Below are positions 48,717 to 59,339 of a stretch of 64,000 nucleotides of DNA, one piece after another. The stretch is from positions 1-64,000 of the forward strand of contig NIVC01003711.1 in assembly GCA_002269645.1 (NCBI GenBank). The letters are read 5' to 3'. Within the stretch, counting starts at the first letter, position 1; each line of letters begins with the position of its first letter. Position numbers and translations under genes: made by a program. Under the pieces are notes generated by a model that saw only the letters and a program-made list of their open reading frames with translations, was not told the DNA's origin and ran no database searches. Source of the DNA: Macrostomum lignano. Lineage: Eukaryota.

Positions 48717-51700
48717 GATTCGAGGGTCGATATTCGAGGCCACGTCCCTCTAGGAAACCCCAAAGCGAAGCTCAGGCCTCTCATTTCTCCCGCAAACCCG
48801 TTTTCAACCCACTCCCTGGAGGATGGCGACAAGTCCCATTTTCCAGGAATTCAATGCGTAATGCACCAATGCGTAATGCACCAACGCGTAATGCACCCAT
48901 GTATAGAGCACCAATGCGTAATGCACCTGTAAACAGCGCGTCTCCCATCGCGCTATCTCCTAATATGTTTGAGTTATTGGCGTCAGAGCCCAGTGAGTCA
49001 GATGCAAAAGCATCAGCATCCGAGTTGACAAAGTCCCCAGTGACTAAGCCAGCAAATGCAAAGCAGAAGGCGAGAAAATCTCGCAAAGCGAAATATCGAG
49101 AAGCTAAGAAAGCAGCTGAGAAAGCAAAAGTTGATTTGATAAGCGAGAAAAGTAGCGAAGCAATTGTCTTTGGAGACATTGAAGGTCAAGAAATTGACTT
49201 CTTGCTTGACACCGGAGCCGGAAACTGCTTCCTAAGCAAGTCAGTATGGTCCAAGGTGATCAAGACAGAGCAAATCCGAGAAACCAATAAGAGAGTTACC
49301 ACATTTGATGGTTCCTCAGTGCAGCTAGAAGGAGAAGCTAGTGTGTCTGTAACCTTTGGAGATATCCAAATTGATACCAGCTTTTTGCTGTGCAGCTATG
49401 AATGTGATAACATTCTTGGCATGGACTTCTTCCTTTCCCACTGTAAGAGCATTGATTTAGACAATGGCATGCTTGTACTAAAAAGAGGCCTCTGTGTGCC
49501 TATGCAGTACACTCGCCAAGCAGTTAGAATTTGCCGAGTTTATACTCGAGAAAAGGCAGTAGTACCTGCTAATAGTGCATTGAGAGTTCCCATTAGGCTA
49601 GCGAAAGACCATGAGCCCAATCATGGCACTCCTATGACAGTAGAAGTGATCGGAGAAGGCGTGAGAGCCAAGGAATTGACAGTAGAGATGGTTCCGACAT
49701 TGGTCACCATGAGAGACGGCAGTGCCATCGTGGAGATCGTGAATCGACACTCTGTCGACGTGAGACTGCCGAAGTCGACATTGATTGGTCTGGCCAAGCC
49801 CATGAGAGCCAAGGACCTCGTCTACTGGTCAGCATCGCCTTCCGCCGCCGAATCAGCTTCGCCGACAATTGCCGAAGATGCCGCACAACCCGCCGGACGT
49901 GTCAATCAAGCTCAGGCAACTGAAGATGCTTGGGTGAGCGAAATTAGTATTGGTGCCGATTTATCTGAAAGTCAGCGAAAAGCAGTAATTGATCTCGTGA
50001 GAGAGAATAGAGAAGCATTTTCCCAGCATGATTTAGACATGGGATTGACTCATCTAGTCACTCATGAAATTTCCCTGAAGGACGAGACCCCTGTTAGAAT
50101 CCCTACCCGCCGCATCCCCCCTCATCTCCAAAAGCAAGTCGACGCCCAGCTAGACGACATGCTAGCTAAGAATCTCATCCGCCCCTGCTATTCTACCTAT
50201 TCTACCCCATTAGTCATTGTGCCAAAGAAGGATGGCACCATCCGAATAGTGAGTGATTTCCGAGTGCTCAACTCTAGAGTTAACTATTTTCCCTATCCCC
50301 TCCCCAATATTCAAGAAACTTTTTCTAATCTTACTGGCAGTAGGTACTTTAGTAGTTTAGATCTTAACTCAGGTTATTGGCAAGTGCCTATAAAGGAAGA
50401 GCATAAGTTCATGACCGCGTTCTCTACTTTGACGCGAGGACAGTTTGAGTACCAGGTTATGGCGCAAGGGTTATCCAACGCGCCCGGTACATTTCAAAGA
50501 CTGATGAACTTAGTGCTAGCCGGAATCCAGCATAAGTTTGCAATGTCGTATATTGACGATATAGTTACTTACTCGAAGCAATTTGAGGAGCATTTATCCC
50601 ATCTAAGAGAGGTGTTTCAGAGATTGATCACCGCAGGTTTAAAGTTGAGAGCGAAAAAGTGCAACTTATTTCACTCTGAACTCAAGTATCTAGGCCATGT
50701 GATAGGTAGAGATGGCATTCGCACAGACGAAGCCAAGATTGAAGCCATTAGAACCTGGCCAAAGCCAAAGGAAGTAAAGGAATTGAGAAGCTTTTTAGGA
50801 TTGTGCAATTACTACAGCAGATTTGTCAAAAATTATGCTGAAGTAGCGCATCCTCTTTTCCAACTGACTCGTAAGGGAGTTCAAAACTTCCAAGCAAAAT
50901 GGACAGCAAAGCATGATGAAGCGTTTGAGCTATTGAAAACCCGTATGATGAGTACTGACGTGTTAGCATACCCTGAGTTCATAGACAATGAGAAGGTGAA
51001 GATGGTTCTCGATGTAGACGCCAGTGATGGACGCATAGGTGCCTGTTTAGGACAAATCCAATCAGACGGTGTCGAGAGACCAATCGCCTACTTTAGTCGC
51101 GCTATGAAGGAGTCAGAAAAACGCTATCCCATAACTCGCAAGGAGTTGCTAGCTCTAGTAGATGCCATGAGGCATTTCCGCTTCTATCTAATAGGAAAGA
51201 AATTTCTAGCTAGGACCGACCATAAGGCTATACTTTGGTTATTAAGGCAGACAGAAGCCCAGGGCATTTTAGGCAGATGGATTGAGCGCCTCAATGAATT
51301 TCAATTCGAAATCGAGCATAGGAGTGGCGCGAAACATTCAAATGCCGATAGCTTGTCCCGAAGGCCAGCCGAGGCTGCCCAGCCAGATTGTAAAGCCAAT
51401 GAGAAGGCGGAAGCCGAGAAGAAGAATCAAGAGATGAGCGAAATCCCCAGCAAAGGCGTAAGAGCCGAAGTGAACCAAAAGATAAGCGCAGATAAAGAGA
51501 AGTATATCCCCAGCGAACGCGTGTGTGCACAGCAGAACCAGAATGGGAAGGCTAAGGACAGCATAAGCAATCTGACCCAGCCCCCCACTGAGCAGAGAGA
51601 GGGAGAGACCAACCCCCCCCCCCCCGAGTCACAGAGGAGCAAAATAGTCTCTGGTGAGAAGAGTGTAAGGATTGACAGTGTGAAAACACAGAGCTCCTGC

Positions 51701-51910
51701 GTTATGCAATCGAGCAGAGTCACCCCACAATCTGAGCACAGTGAGGAGTATGGCACGCTGAAGGTTGGAGCATTATTAGTTGACTTCCTACCTAACCCCC
51801 TGCGGAGAGAGCAGATTATTAATGCCCAGCGCGAAGACCCCAATATTAGTACTTTGCTGAGTTGCAAGCTTGAAGAAAAAGAACCCCCCCGCCGAGCAAA
51901 AGAGCATTAG
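48713..51910 (+). CDS. pol: Pol: aspartic protease, reverse transcriptase, RNase H (entered by -1 frameshift)
   Basis: FLLDTGAG, ILGMDF, DFRVLN, LDLNSGYWQ, GLSNAPGTFQR, SYIDD, YLGHVI, DVDASD..IGACLGQ, YFSR, KELLAL, TDHKA. The frame is open back to 48713. Confidence 0.95.
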   Translation, partial: LGFEGRYSRPRPSRKPQSEAQASHFSRKPVFNPLPGGWRQVPFSRNSMRNAPMRNAPTRNAPMYRAPMRNAPVNSASPIALSPNMFELLASEPSESDAKASASELTKSPVTKPANAKQKARKSRKAKYREAKKAAEKAKVDLISEKSSEAIVFGDIEGQEIDFLLDTGAGNCFLSKSVWSKVIKTEQIRETNKRVTTFDGSSVQLEGEASVSVTFGDIQIDTSFLLCSYECDNILGMDFFLSHCKSIDLDNGMLVLKRGLCVPMQYTRQAVRICRVYTREKAVVPANSALRVPIRLAKDHEPNHGTPMTVEVIGEGVRAKELTVEMVPTLVTMRDGSAIVEIVNRHSVDVRLPKSTLIGLAKPMRAKDLVYWSASPSAAESASPTIAEDAAQPAGRVNQAQATEDAWVSEISIGADLSESQRKAVIDLVRENREAFSQHDLDMGLTHLVTHEISLKDETPVRIPTRRIPPHLQKQVDAQLDDMLAKNLIRPCYSTYSTPLVIVPKKDGTIRIVSDFRVLNSRVNYFPYPLPNIQETFSNLTGSRYFSSLDLNSGYWQVPIKEEHKFMTAFSTLTRGQFEYQVMAQGLSNAPGTFQRLMNLVLAGIQHKFAMSYIDDIVTYSKQFEEHLSHLREVFQRLITAGLKLRAKKCNLFHSELKYLGHVIGRDGIRTDEAKIEAIRTWPKPKEVKELRSFLGLCNYYSRFVKNYAEVAHPLFQLTRKGVQNFQAKWTAKHDEAFELLKTRMMSTDVLAYPEFIDNEKVKMVLDVDASDGRIGACLGQIQSDGVERPIAYFSRAMKESEKRYPITRKELLALVDAMRHFRFYLIGKKFLARTDHKAILWLLRQTEAQGILGRWIERLNEFQFEIEHRSGAKHSNADSLSRRPAEAAQPDCKANEKAEAEKKNQEMSEIPSKGVRAEVNQKISADKEKYIPSERVCAQQNQNGKAKDSISNLTQPPTEQREGETNPPPPESQRSKIVSGEKSVRIDSVKTQSSCVMQSSRVTPQSEHSEEYGTLKVGALLVDFLPNPLRREQIINAQREDPNISTLLSCKLEEKEPPRRAKEH

Positions 51911-53516
51911 CTCAGAATTTAAGCAGTTGGGCAAATCCTACGAGAAAATGAAAATCGAAAGCGATATGCTTGTTATTGAAGAAGAAGGAGTAAGCAAAAT
52001 TGTGTTGCCAGTGTCGCTGGACAAATTAGTGCTGGCTGATCTACACGATAGCCCACTAGCAGGACACTTGGGTCGTGACAAGACAGTGCAAAGAGTTAGG
52101 GAGAGATTTTGGAGACCCGGCTTAGTGACAGCCATTGAGAAGTACATATCTGAGTGTATTCCGTGTTTGGAAAGCAAAAGAGGATGCCCTGTTCAGGCTC
52201 CAGTGCAGTCATTCCCAGTCAACGAGGCATTTCATCGCCTACATATCGATATCATAGGCCCCATTTCGAAAGAAAGCAAGAGAGGCCATCGTTATGTACT
52301 GACTGTAATTGATAGTACTACCCGCTACCCATTCGCGTTCCCGATCCGTAATCAGAAGTCTGATACCGTGATCAAGATCTTACAGGAGCGAATTTTCAGT
52401 GAATATGGTCAATGCCATTGGATACATACTGACAATGGGAAAACCTTCACAAGCAGACAGTTTAAAGCGTTTTGCGAAGCATACAATGTCAAGCACACCT
52501 GTACCACCCCGTACCATGCCCAAAGTAATGGCTTGGTAGAGAGGTTTAACAAGCAAGTGAAATCCATCATTACCTGTTTAATTAAGAAGGACCATAGCAA
52601 TTGGGATTTAATGATCCCAGCAGCGCTTGTTGCAGTGCGCACTAGTGTGAATCAAACCACAGGCTATTCACCCCATTTCCTGTTATTCGGAAGGGAGCCA
52701 GTTTTGCCACTAGACAGTCAAATTCGCCAGCCAAATCAGTACTCAGGCTATCCAGCCTATGTCGCAGATCATGCCGAAAGGCTAGAAATTGCCAGAAAAA
52801 TCGTGAGAGATAAGCTCGAGAAAGTTGCTGATAATAGAAAGAATATTGCTGAAACAGCCAAGCAGCCTAAGGAAGTACCAGTAGGGAGTTTAGCGTTATT
52901 AAATAACCCGCAGTTAGACAATGAGGAGTCTAACAAATTTCACAGAAAGAAGAGAGCCGCCTATAGAGTGATCGAACAGATCTCAGATGTAGTGTTTAGA
53001 GTGCAGAAAGAAGAGGATGGTGAGCTTGTAGGGAATAAATTATTAGTGCATAGGGACAATTTAACACTAGTTCCTAATTCGACCGCAGAATTACCAATTA
53101 AGGGAAGCCAGCAGGAGAGGCACCGGAAGAAAAATCAGTCAAGGAGGGAACCTAAAGCTAAGGGAAGCCACCCGCCGAGGAAGCATAAGGAGATAGTGAT
53201 TAGTGAAGAGTCTGAGTATGACACTGAATCTGAGGATGAGCGAGTGCAATGGCAATGCCAAATGAGAGAGTCCGAAACGGAACCAGCAACTGAGAGCGAA
53301 GATGAGAGCCAAGAGTCAGAGAGTGCGGTAGAAGAAGGAGGAATAATGAGCAATGCAGAAGACGCCAGAGAGAACAATGAGATTGAGCATGAGCACGAGG
53401 AAGCTAATTCAGAGAGGAGATACAATACACGCAGGCAGGTCAGGCCCCCCAAGTGCTATTGTTGCTTGAAGCGGCTGGCCACTGTGCTGTCTTTGTTGAA
53501 CAATCTCAGTTTCTGA
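51870..53516 (+). CDS. int: Integrase (frameshifted from pol at a C7 run)
   Basis: HHCC (LHDSPLAGHLG..CIPC), DDE (HIDIIG, HTDNG, GLVERFN), degenerate GPY/F module, acidic tail; no chromodomain seen. Confidence 0.93.
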   Translation: MKKKNPPAEQKSISSEFKQLGKSYEKMKIESDMLVIEEEGVSKIVLPVSLDKLVLADLHDSPLAGHLGRDKTVQRVRERFWRPGLVTAIEKYISECIPCLESKRGCPVQAPVQSFPVNEAFHRLHIDIIGPISKESKRGHRYVLTVIDSTTRYPFAFPIRNQKSDTVIKILQERIFSEYGQCHWIHTDNGKTFTSRQFKAFCEAYNVKHTCTTPYHAQSNGLVERFNKQVKSIITCLIKKDHSNWDLMIPAALVAVRTSVNQTTGYSPHFLLFGREPVLPLDSQIRQPNQYSGYPAYVADHAERLEIARKIVRDKLEKVADNRKNIAETAKQPKEVPVGSLALLNNPQLDNEESNKFHRKKRAAYRVIEQISDVVFRVQKEEDGELVGNKLLVHRDNLTLVPNSTAELPIKGSQQERHRKKNQSRREPKAKGSHPPRKHKEIVISEESEYDTESEDERVQWQCQMRESETEPATESEDESQESESAVEEGGIMSNAEDARENNEIEHEHEEANSERRYNTRRQVRPPKCYCCLKRLATVLSLLNNLSF

Positions 53517-53551
53517 GTGGAGGAGAAGGAAGGAAGGAGAAGGAGGAGTGA

Positions 53552-53772
53552 GAGCCAATGAGAGGAGGCGTAGAAGTGAAGGGATTTCGAGGCCGTGGAT
53601 AGGAGGAGAGAGGCGAAGAGACCGACAGCCAATAAGGAAGAATCATCAGCCAATGAGAGAAGACCTGCCATTTAAACAAATAATTGTTTGTTTGAATAAG
53701 CTTGAAACATGATGCCCCCCAAAGTGGAATGTTTGCAAACCTATATAAGCGAGATCCCTGACGCAATCAGTT
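53552..53772 (+). promoter_or_regulatory. Candidate internal Pol II promoter for ORF3
   Basis: AGCCAAT(G/A) with CCAAT at 53555, 53629 and 53650; TATATAA at 53742; TCAGTT Inr-like at 53767-53772. Confidence 0.6.
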
Positions 53773-53842
53773 CCTCATCCTCAACAGAGCAATAAGGCAG
53801 CAATTAAGTAGCAATAAAGAAGCAGTCAAGAGCAAATCCGTT

Positions 53843-55285
53843 ATGAATAAAGAAAACGAAGAGTTAAATATTTTAGCAGACGGTAGTGAATTTGACGATC
53901 TATTAAAAGAGCTTGAAGGGCCTTGGCCCATGCAGCAAGATGAGCAAACTGAGCAACCAGAGCCAGAGCGTTCAGCGCAGCAAAACGAGCAAGAACAGCT
54001 AGCTGAGGCTCCGTCGCAGCCGCCTGCTACGCAGCAGCCTGCTCCGACGCTGGCACCGCCGTCAGAGCCATTACGGGAGCGTCAGTCAGCTGACCTGCCC
54101 GGGCCCTCGCAGCCACCGGAGCCCTCCACCAAGCCAAAGCGACCTGCTGCAGAAACGGATCAGGGTACACAAGCGAAGAGGCCGGCCCCGTCAAGGCTGC
54201 CAGTGTCCCAGGATCCGGCAGCAAGACAGGAGCTCGTTAGAGTGAAGTCGGTGCAGTCCGTGGTGGTAAAACCGACGGTTATGCAGAGGCACCCGGCTGG
54301 CGCGCGGCCCACACTGATGTTAGCTGCCCCGCCTCAGCAGCAGCGGCCGGCTCAGCGGTCGCAGCCTCGACGTGTGGCGTCGCGAGCAGAAGTCCGACAG
54401 CAGCTGCCAGTGCACCGCAGGCTGGCTCCGCGGCCGCCGCCGCAGCAGCGCCGGCAGTCGCCGCCGCAGCGCCGCCACCAGTCTCCGCCACGGCACCGCC
54501 ACCAGTCGCCGCCGCAGCGCCGCCACCAGTCTCCGCCGCAGCACCATCAGCAGCCACCGCCGTCTCAGCCTCATCAGCAGCCACCGCCGTCTCAGCACCA
54601 TCACCAGTCTCCGCCGCAGCACCATCAGCAGCCACCGCCGTCTCAGCCTCATCAGCAGCCACCGCCGTCTCAGCACCATCAGCAGCCACCGCCGTCTCAG
54701 CCTCATCAGCAGCCACCGCCGTCTCAGCACCATCAGCAGCCACCGCCGTCTCAGCACCATCAGCAGCCACCGCCGTCTCAGCATCATCAGCAGCCACCGC
54801 CGTCTCAGCATCATCAGCAGCCGCCACCGCAGACTGCAGTGCCACCACAGGCGTCAACCTGCCGTGCAGCTGCAAGTTATTTGTTCGCCCCCGGCAACCA
54901 AGACATCCAAAGGCTTGCTGCGATGGGCGCCGACTTCAGCGCCATCATGGACGGTTTGTCGCCAGAACAGCAGGCAAGAATGAAGCGACTGATTGCTGCC
55001 CTGAAGGAGTATCTAATGCGAATCGGCCACTTGCGGTTGGACCGGCCGCTGCCACAGCGGGCCCAGGTCCGGCCAGCCTGCATTGTGCTTCGCCAAGAAT
55101 TCACGCCTGAGCAAGCTGTCGCGGCTTGGCGCCGCGCCGTGAATTACGTACTTCATGACCTGAATGCGGCTGGCCAGCCGTACTTTCGCACGCTGCTTAT
55201 CATAGAGATTAAGTGGCTCGCCGAGCAAGTCGGATGGCCTCTACGCGACCTTTTGCCGGACGAATTTAATCTGAATGATAATTAG
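53843..55285 (+). CDS. ORF3: accessory protein of unknown function (acidic N-terminus, P/Q/H repeats, helical C-terminal domain)
   Basis: Intact 480-aa ATG-initiated ORF between integrase and the PPT; no signal peptide or transmembrane segment. Confidence 0.8.
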   Translation: MNKENEELNILADGSEFDDLLKELEGPWPMQQDEQTEQPEPERSAQQNEQEQLAEAPSQPPATQQPAPTLAPPSEPLRERQSADLPGPSQPPEPSTKPKRPAAETDQGTQAKRPAPSRLPVSQDPAARQELVRVKSVQSVVVKPTVMQRHPAGARPTLMLAAPPQQQRPAQRSQPRRVASRAEVRQQLPVHRRLAPRPPPQQRRQSPPQRRHQSPPRHRHQSPPQRRHQSPPQHHQQPPPSQPHQQPPPSQHHHQSPPQHHQQPPPSQPHQQPPPSQHHQQPPPSQPHQQPPPSQHHQQPPPSQHHQQPPPSQHHQQPPPSQHHQQPPPQTAVPPQASTCRAAASYLFAPGNQDIQRLAAMGADFSAIMDGLSPEQQARMKRLIAALKEYLMRIGHLRLDRPLPQRAQVRPACIVLRQEFTPEQAVAAWRRAVNYVLHDLNAAGQPYFRTLLIIEIKWLAEQVGWPLRDLLPDEFNLNDN

Positions 55286-55638
55286 GTGACTATAATTGAA
55301 CTGTCATGTACTGTTATTTTTTCGCATTGCATGCATACCTATTTAGCCTTCACTAATTTGCATGGATACTTATTTAGCCAAAATTCTTGTGTGCTCAACT
55401 TTGTGCAACTTTATATTTAGCCAAACATCTTTTTGTACGCTCAACTTCGTGCCATTTTAATAATAGCCAACCTTGCTCAATTCTTCCACTAACTATATTA
55501 CTGATATTACCATGTTGTGTGCTGTTTTAATGTTTTAGTGTCAGCCAATTTTATCTAGTGCCTACGTTTTGTGATTAAAAGCCCCTTTTGCACTTTAACT
55601 ACACATTTATTCACTCACTAGTTTATTCATAAATATGT

Positions 55639-55648
55639 AGAAGGGAAG
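55639..55648 (+). promoter_or_regulatory. Polypurine tract
   Basis: AGAAGGGAAG, 5 nt before the 3' LTR. Confidence 0.65.
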
Positions 55649-55653
55649 CCAGT

Positions 55654-56469
55654 TGAGGCAGGCCCGATGTGTTTAATATTCACGTAACCATGATTTTAAA
55701 TTTCAGCCAAACTACGCTTAACAACGCATTTTTGTTAGAACGAACTCTTTGTTTTAATGGGTTTGTTTTATTCGGGAAAATTATTTTGTTAAACCGCTAT
55801 AAAGAAATTTGTTTATTCACGACCCGCGCACCCCACCTCCCCCTTTTTGAGACTATAAATACAAGCGATTGCGGGCAATTTCCCCTTTGCCCGCCGTTTC
55901 CTCGATTCGGTCAAGAAAAGCAAAACGTGTTGTCTTAGTCACTGGAAAGCAAGACAGGAGAGAAAGCTGTAAGAGGCCAGAAAAGCCGTAAGAGGCCAAG
56001 AAAGCCGTGAGAAGCCAGAAAAGCCGTAAGAGGCCAAGAAAAACTGTAAGAAGCCAGAAATAGACGGTTGACGAGTCGGGCAACTCCTTCCCAGGGAGCC
56101 CGCAACTAAATATAGGGAATTAATAGTAGTAATAATAATAGTAGTGAGATTCATAACTACATGTAGACCAGTGTTTGCCGCTCGACACTGCTACCAGGGC
56201 GACTTGCATAGATTCAAGGAGTCCTTAGATTAGAATTCTAGACTTGATATTTTCTAAGAAGCAGCAATTGACTAAGCAATTTTATGGAGTAATAACTATT
56301 CTAAATTACAACAACTTGATTCTGTAGTGTGATTATAAACTAGGAAGTGTATAGCCCTGGTATAACTTGGTAACAGCGGTGGGATATTAACAGACAGGAA
56401 TACCCCCTAGAACAACTTGGTGGCAGCGGTGGGATATTATTAGAAAGGACAGGAGTTTCCCCTAGAACA
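55654..56469 (+). repeat. 3' LTR
   Basis: Copy of 46848-47663 with differences corresponding to 46899, 46939, 47537 and 47639. Confidence 0.95.
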
Positions 56470-57554
56470 ATATTATCTTGTCAATTTGGGTTACTAGGCC
56501 TGCCTATCATGTCATGAGTTACTTACTTGACTTAGCTGCAGGGGGCTACGTGCGTCCGGAAACAGCGAGGAGGCGTTGCCGCCCATATCGCTAACCCCTG
56601 GCGACCATGTCATGAGTTAGACATGACATGCATGACATGAAAATTTGTATTTAACTTCTTTAAAAATGTTAAATAGCAGAAATATGATATAGTATTCAAT
56701 ATAAAAAATATTTTGCACTTCTTCAAATTTGTTTCTTGAATTTAAAAAGCTTGAATTTGAATATTAAAAAACAAATGTAAACTAGGTGTAGCTACCCAAA
56801 TTTGAATTGAGTTTGGTTTAATAGATAAAAGTTCACTTTGCACAAAAATTATTTTGTATTATACTTGGAAGCCCTATTTTATATTAGACCTAATTCTAAA
56901 GGTTATTGTTGTAAATCAACATAGTTTATATAGAGATTCTAATAGGATCATGTAAAGTACTAAAAAACTTGATAAGTTGATAGTTAGTATATAATTCTAT
57001 GTGTAACAATGCCTTTAGACCTATTATACTTTGAGTGAAAAAAATTAAAAGTTTTTATTGTATCTCTAATAGTGCTAATATGATAGATATATTAGGGCCC
57101 AATAGTGATGGTTATCACTGTCTATTTTAAAAGGCCTAAAATTGAAATAAAACACATTTTTGCTAAAAGGATCTATGTCTATTTGACTTTTAGCAATAGA
57201 CAATGAAATTTCCCACAATGGGTTTGTTTTTATACTAAAATTAGACTATTATGATTGAGCTTAAACAATATTTATATATAGATATTAGATAGGATCAATC
57301 AACTTCTTAGGCATTGTACCCAAGATTCTAGGACTTGACTTTAGGATAATCAAGAAGTAATCGGGTATCTGGTTTAATTTTGAATTAATTATAGATGTTG
57401 GATAGCAACAAAGTTTTCAGGATTGAGATCCTTGTCGTAATCCTAAAATATCTTTTAATAACTTTTTCAACCTACTTACAGACAGTAGTAATAAGCAGTA
57501 CTTGATTTACTAAATGTCACCCCATCCTATTGCACATTCAATCAGCTGTTCCAG

Positions 57555-59339
57555 TCAGTGCGCAGCGTGGCCTTTTTGCGCCATGCTGCAGTCCAGCAGC
57601 TGAGCACTGCTCCAGCTCCATCAGCAATGGCTTCCCATTCAATGCGCTCAGTGAACTCATACGAGTATGGCGGCTTAGAGAAGCTGCAGCTCACCGACAC
57701 CATGAAGGTGCCAGTGCTCCGCCAGCCGGACGATATTCTGGTGCGGGTGCACTGCAGCACTGTGCAGCCGATAGACATCGCACTGCTTTCCGGCTACGGC
57801 TCTGTTCTGCTGCCCCTCGCTGCTCGAGCTGCCGCCTGCGGCGCCGAGCCTGACGCTGTTCCGCCAGCGCTGCCACTAATTCTCGGCCGCGACTTCTGCG
57901 GCGAGGTGGTCGCGGCCGGCCCGGACTGTCCGCCAGAGCTGCGCCAGCCCGGCCGGCTGGTTTGGGGCGCCAGGGCGCCGTTCGAGTCTGGCTGCCACGC
58001 CGAATTCGCCCTGGCCAGCGCCCGGCATGTCCGGCCCGTGCCGGACGGCGTGGACCCGGCCGCTGCCGCCTGCGTCCCGTATCCGGGCCTCACCGCGCTG
58101 GCCGCCATGCTGGAGGCTGGCCTGCCCACGCCTGCCAGCAGCTTCAACTGGCCGCTGAGGTGTCGGAGTTCTCGGCCGGACCCTGCTGTGCTGGTCCTGG
58201 GCGCCAGCGGCGGCGTTGGCTTGCTGCTGCTTCAGCTCATTCGATGCCTGCTGCCTGCCTGCCGCCTTGTTGTCACCTGCCCGGCTAGGTGAGCTTTTAC
58301 TGCCTCCCTTAATCCCTTGGTCTTTTAGTGTCTCCTTAATCTCCTGGCCTTTTACTGCCTTCCTTTAATCCTCTGGTCTTTTAGTGGCTCCCTTAATCTC
58401 TTGGTCTTTTAGTGGCTCCCTTAATCTCTTGGTCTTTTAGTGGCTCCCTTAATTCCCTGGTCTTTTAGTGGCTCCCTAATCCCCTGGTCTTTTAGTGGCT
58501 CCCTTAATCTCTTGGTCTTTTAGTGGCTCCCTTAATCTCTTGGTCTTTTAGTGGCTCCCTTAATCCCCTGGTCTTTTAGTGGCTCCCTTAATCTCTTGGT
58601 CTTTTAGTGGCTCCCTTAATCCCCTGGTCTTTTAGTGGCTCCCTTAATCTTTTGATTCTTCAGTGGACTGCCTTATCCGCTGATTCCTTAGTATAGTCTC
58701 TCTAATCTCCTGATGCTTCAACGACAGCCAGTTAATCCTGTTCAATTAATCAAAGTAAATAGAATCTCCAACCCAGTTGTGCTACTGTCAGTAGTGCAGC
58801 TGAGCTGCTCAGCAATAGTATTAAAATCAAAATAAACCCGAACTTTCAGACACGTCGCCGACCTGCCAGCTGCCGTGAATGGCTGCCAGCTGGACTCGGT
58901 GCTGGCATCCGGCGGCCATGACTCCGCCGCGACCCTGCAACAGCTGACCGCAGCTCCGGCTACTTTCGATGCCATCATCGACCTGACTAGGGATGCCGCC
59001 AGTCGGCGCCGCCTGCTGCCGACCCTGCGGCCGGGGGGCCGTCTGGCCACCGTGAGCAGCCCGCTGCTACGCCTGTTCGACCAGCGCGGCGTCGCTGGCG
59101 GCGCCCCGGTCGCGGCGCGCGCCTTCGCCTCGGACCGGGCCGCCGGAATCCGCTGGGCCTTCTTTGCCCAGTCCGGCGCCAATCTGGACTATTTGGCGCG
59201 GCTGTTGGCGCTGGGCCGGCTGGCGCCAAGGATTGACCGGCGATTTTCTATGAGCGGCGAATTTCGCACCGCCTTCGAGCTGGCAGCCGGAGGCGACGGT
59301 CGCGGCATGGGCAGAGTGGTGCTGGACGTTGCCAGCTGA
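57555..59339 (+). CDS. RTN4IP1: RTN4IP1-like mitochondrial NADPH:quinone oxidoreductase (MDR family)
   Basis: Exons ~57555/57627-58288 and 58850-59339 (phase 2). YGGLEKLQL, DILVRVHCSTVQPID..LLSGYG, LPLILGRDFCGEVV, GCHAEF, AAACVPYPGLTA, VLVLGASGGVG, IRWAFF, GRVVL. The 5' end is uncertain. Confidence 0.85.
58295..58670. repeat. 28-bp minisatellite (GGTCTTTTAGTGGCTCCCTTAATCTCTT) in RTN4IP1 intron
   Basis: About 13 copies starting just after the donor. Confidence 0.9.

Larger units (their letters stand above)
46848..56469 (+). mobile_element. Full-length Ty3/gypsy LTR retrotransposon (9622 bp) with an extra third ORF
   Basis: TG..CA LTRs of 816 bp (4 substitutions seen), 4-bp TSD ATAT (46844-46847, 56470-56473), PBS, PPT, gag, PR-RT-RH-IN order. 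Confidence 0.97.

Noticed and set aside
56508-56620. 14-bp direct repeat CATGTCATGAGTTA around a CAGGGG..CCCCTG segment
   Set aside because: The duplication does not abut the inverted ends; too short to call an element.
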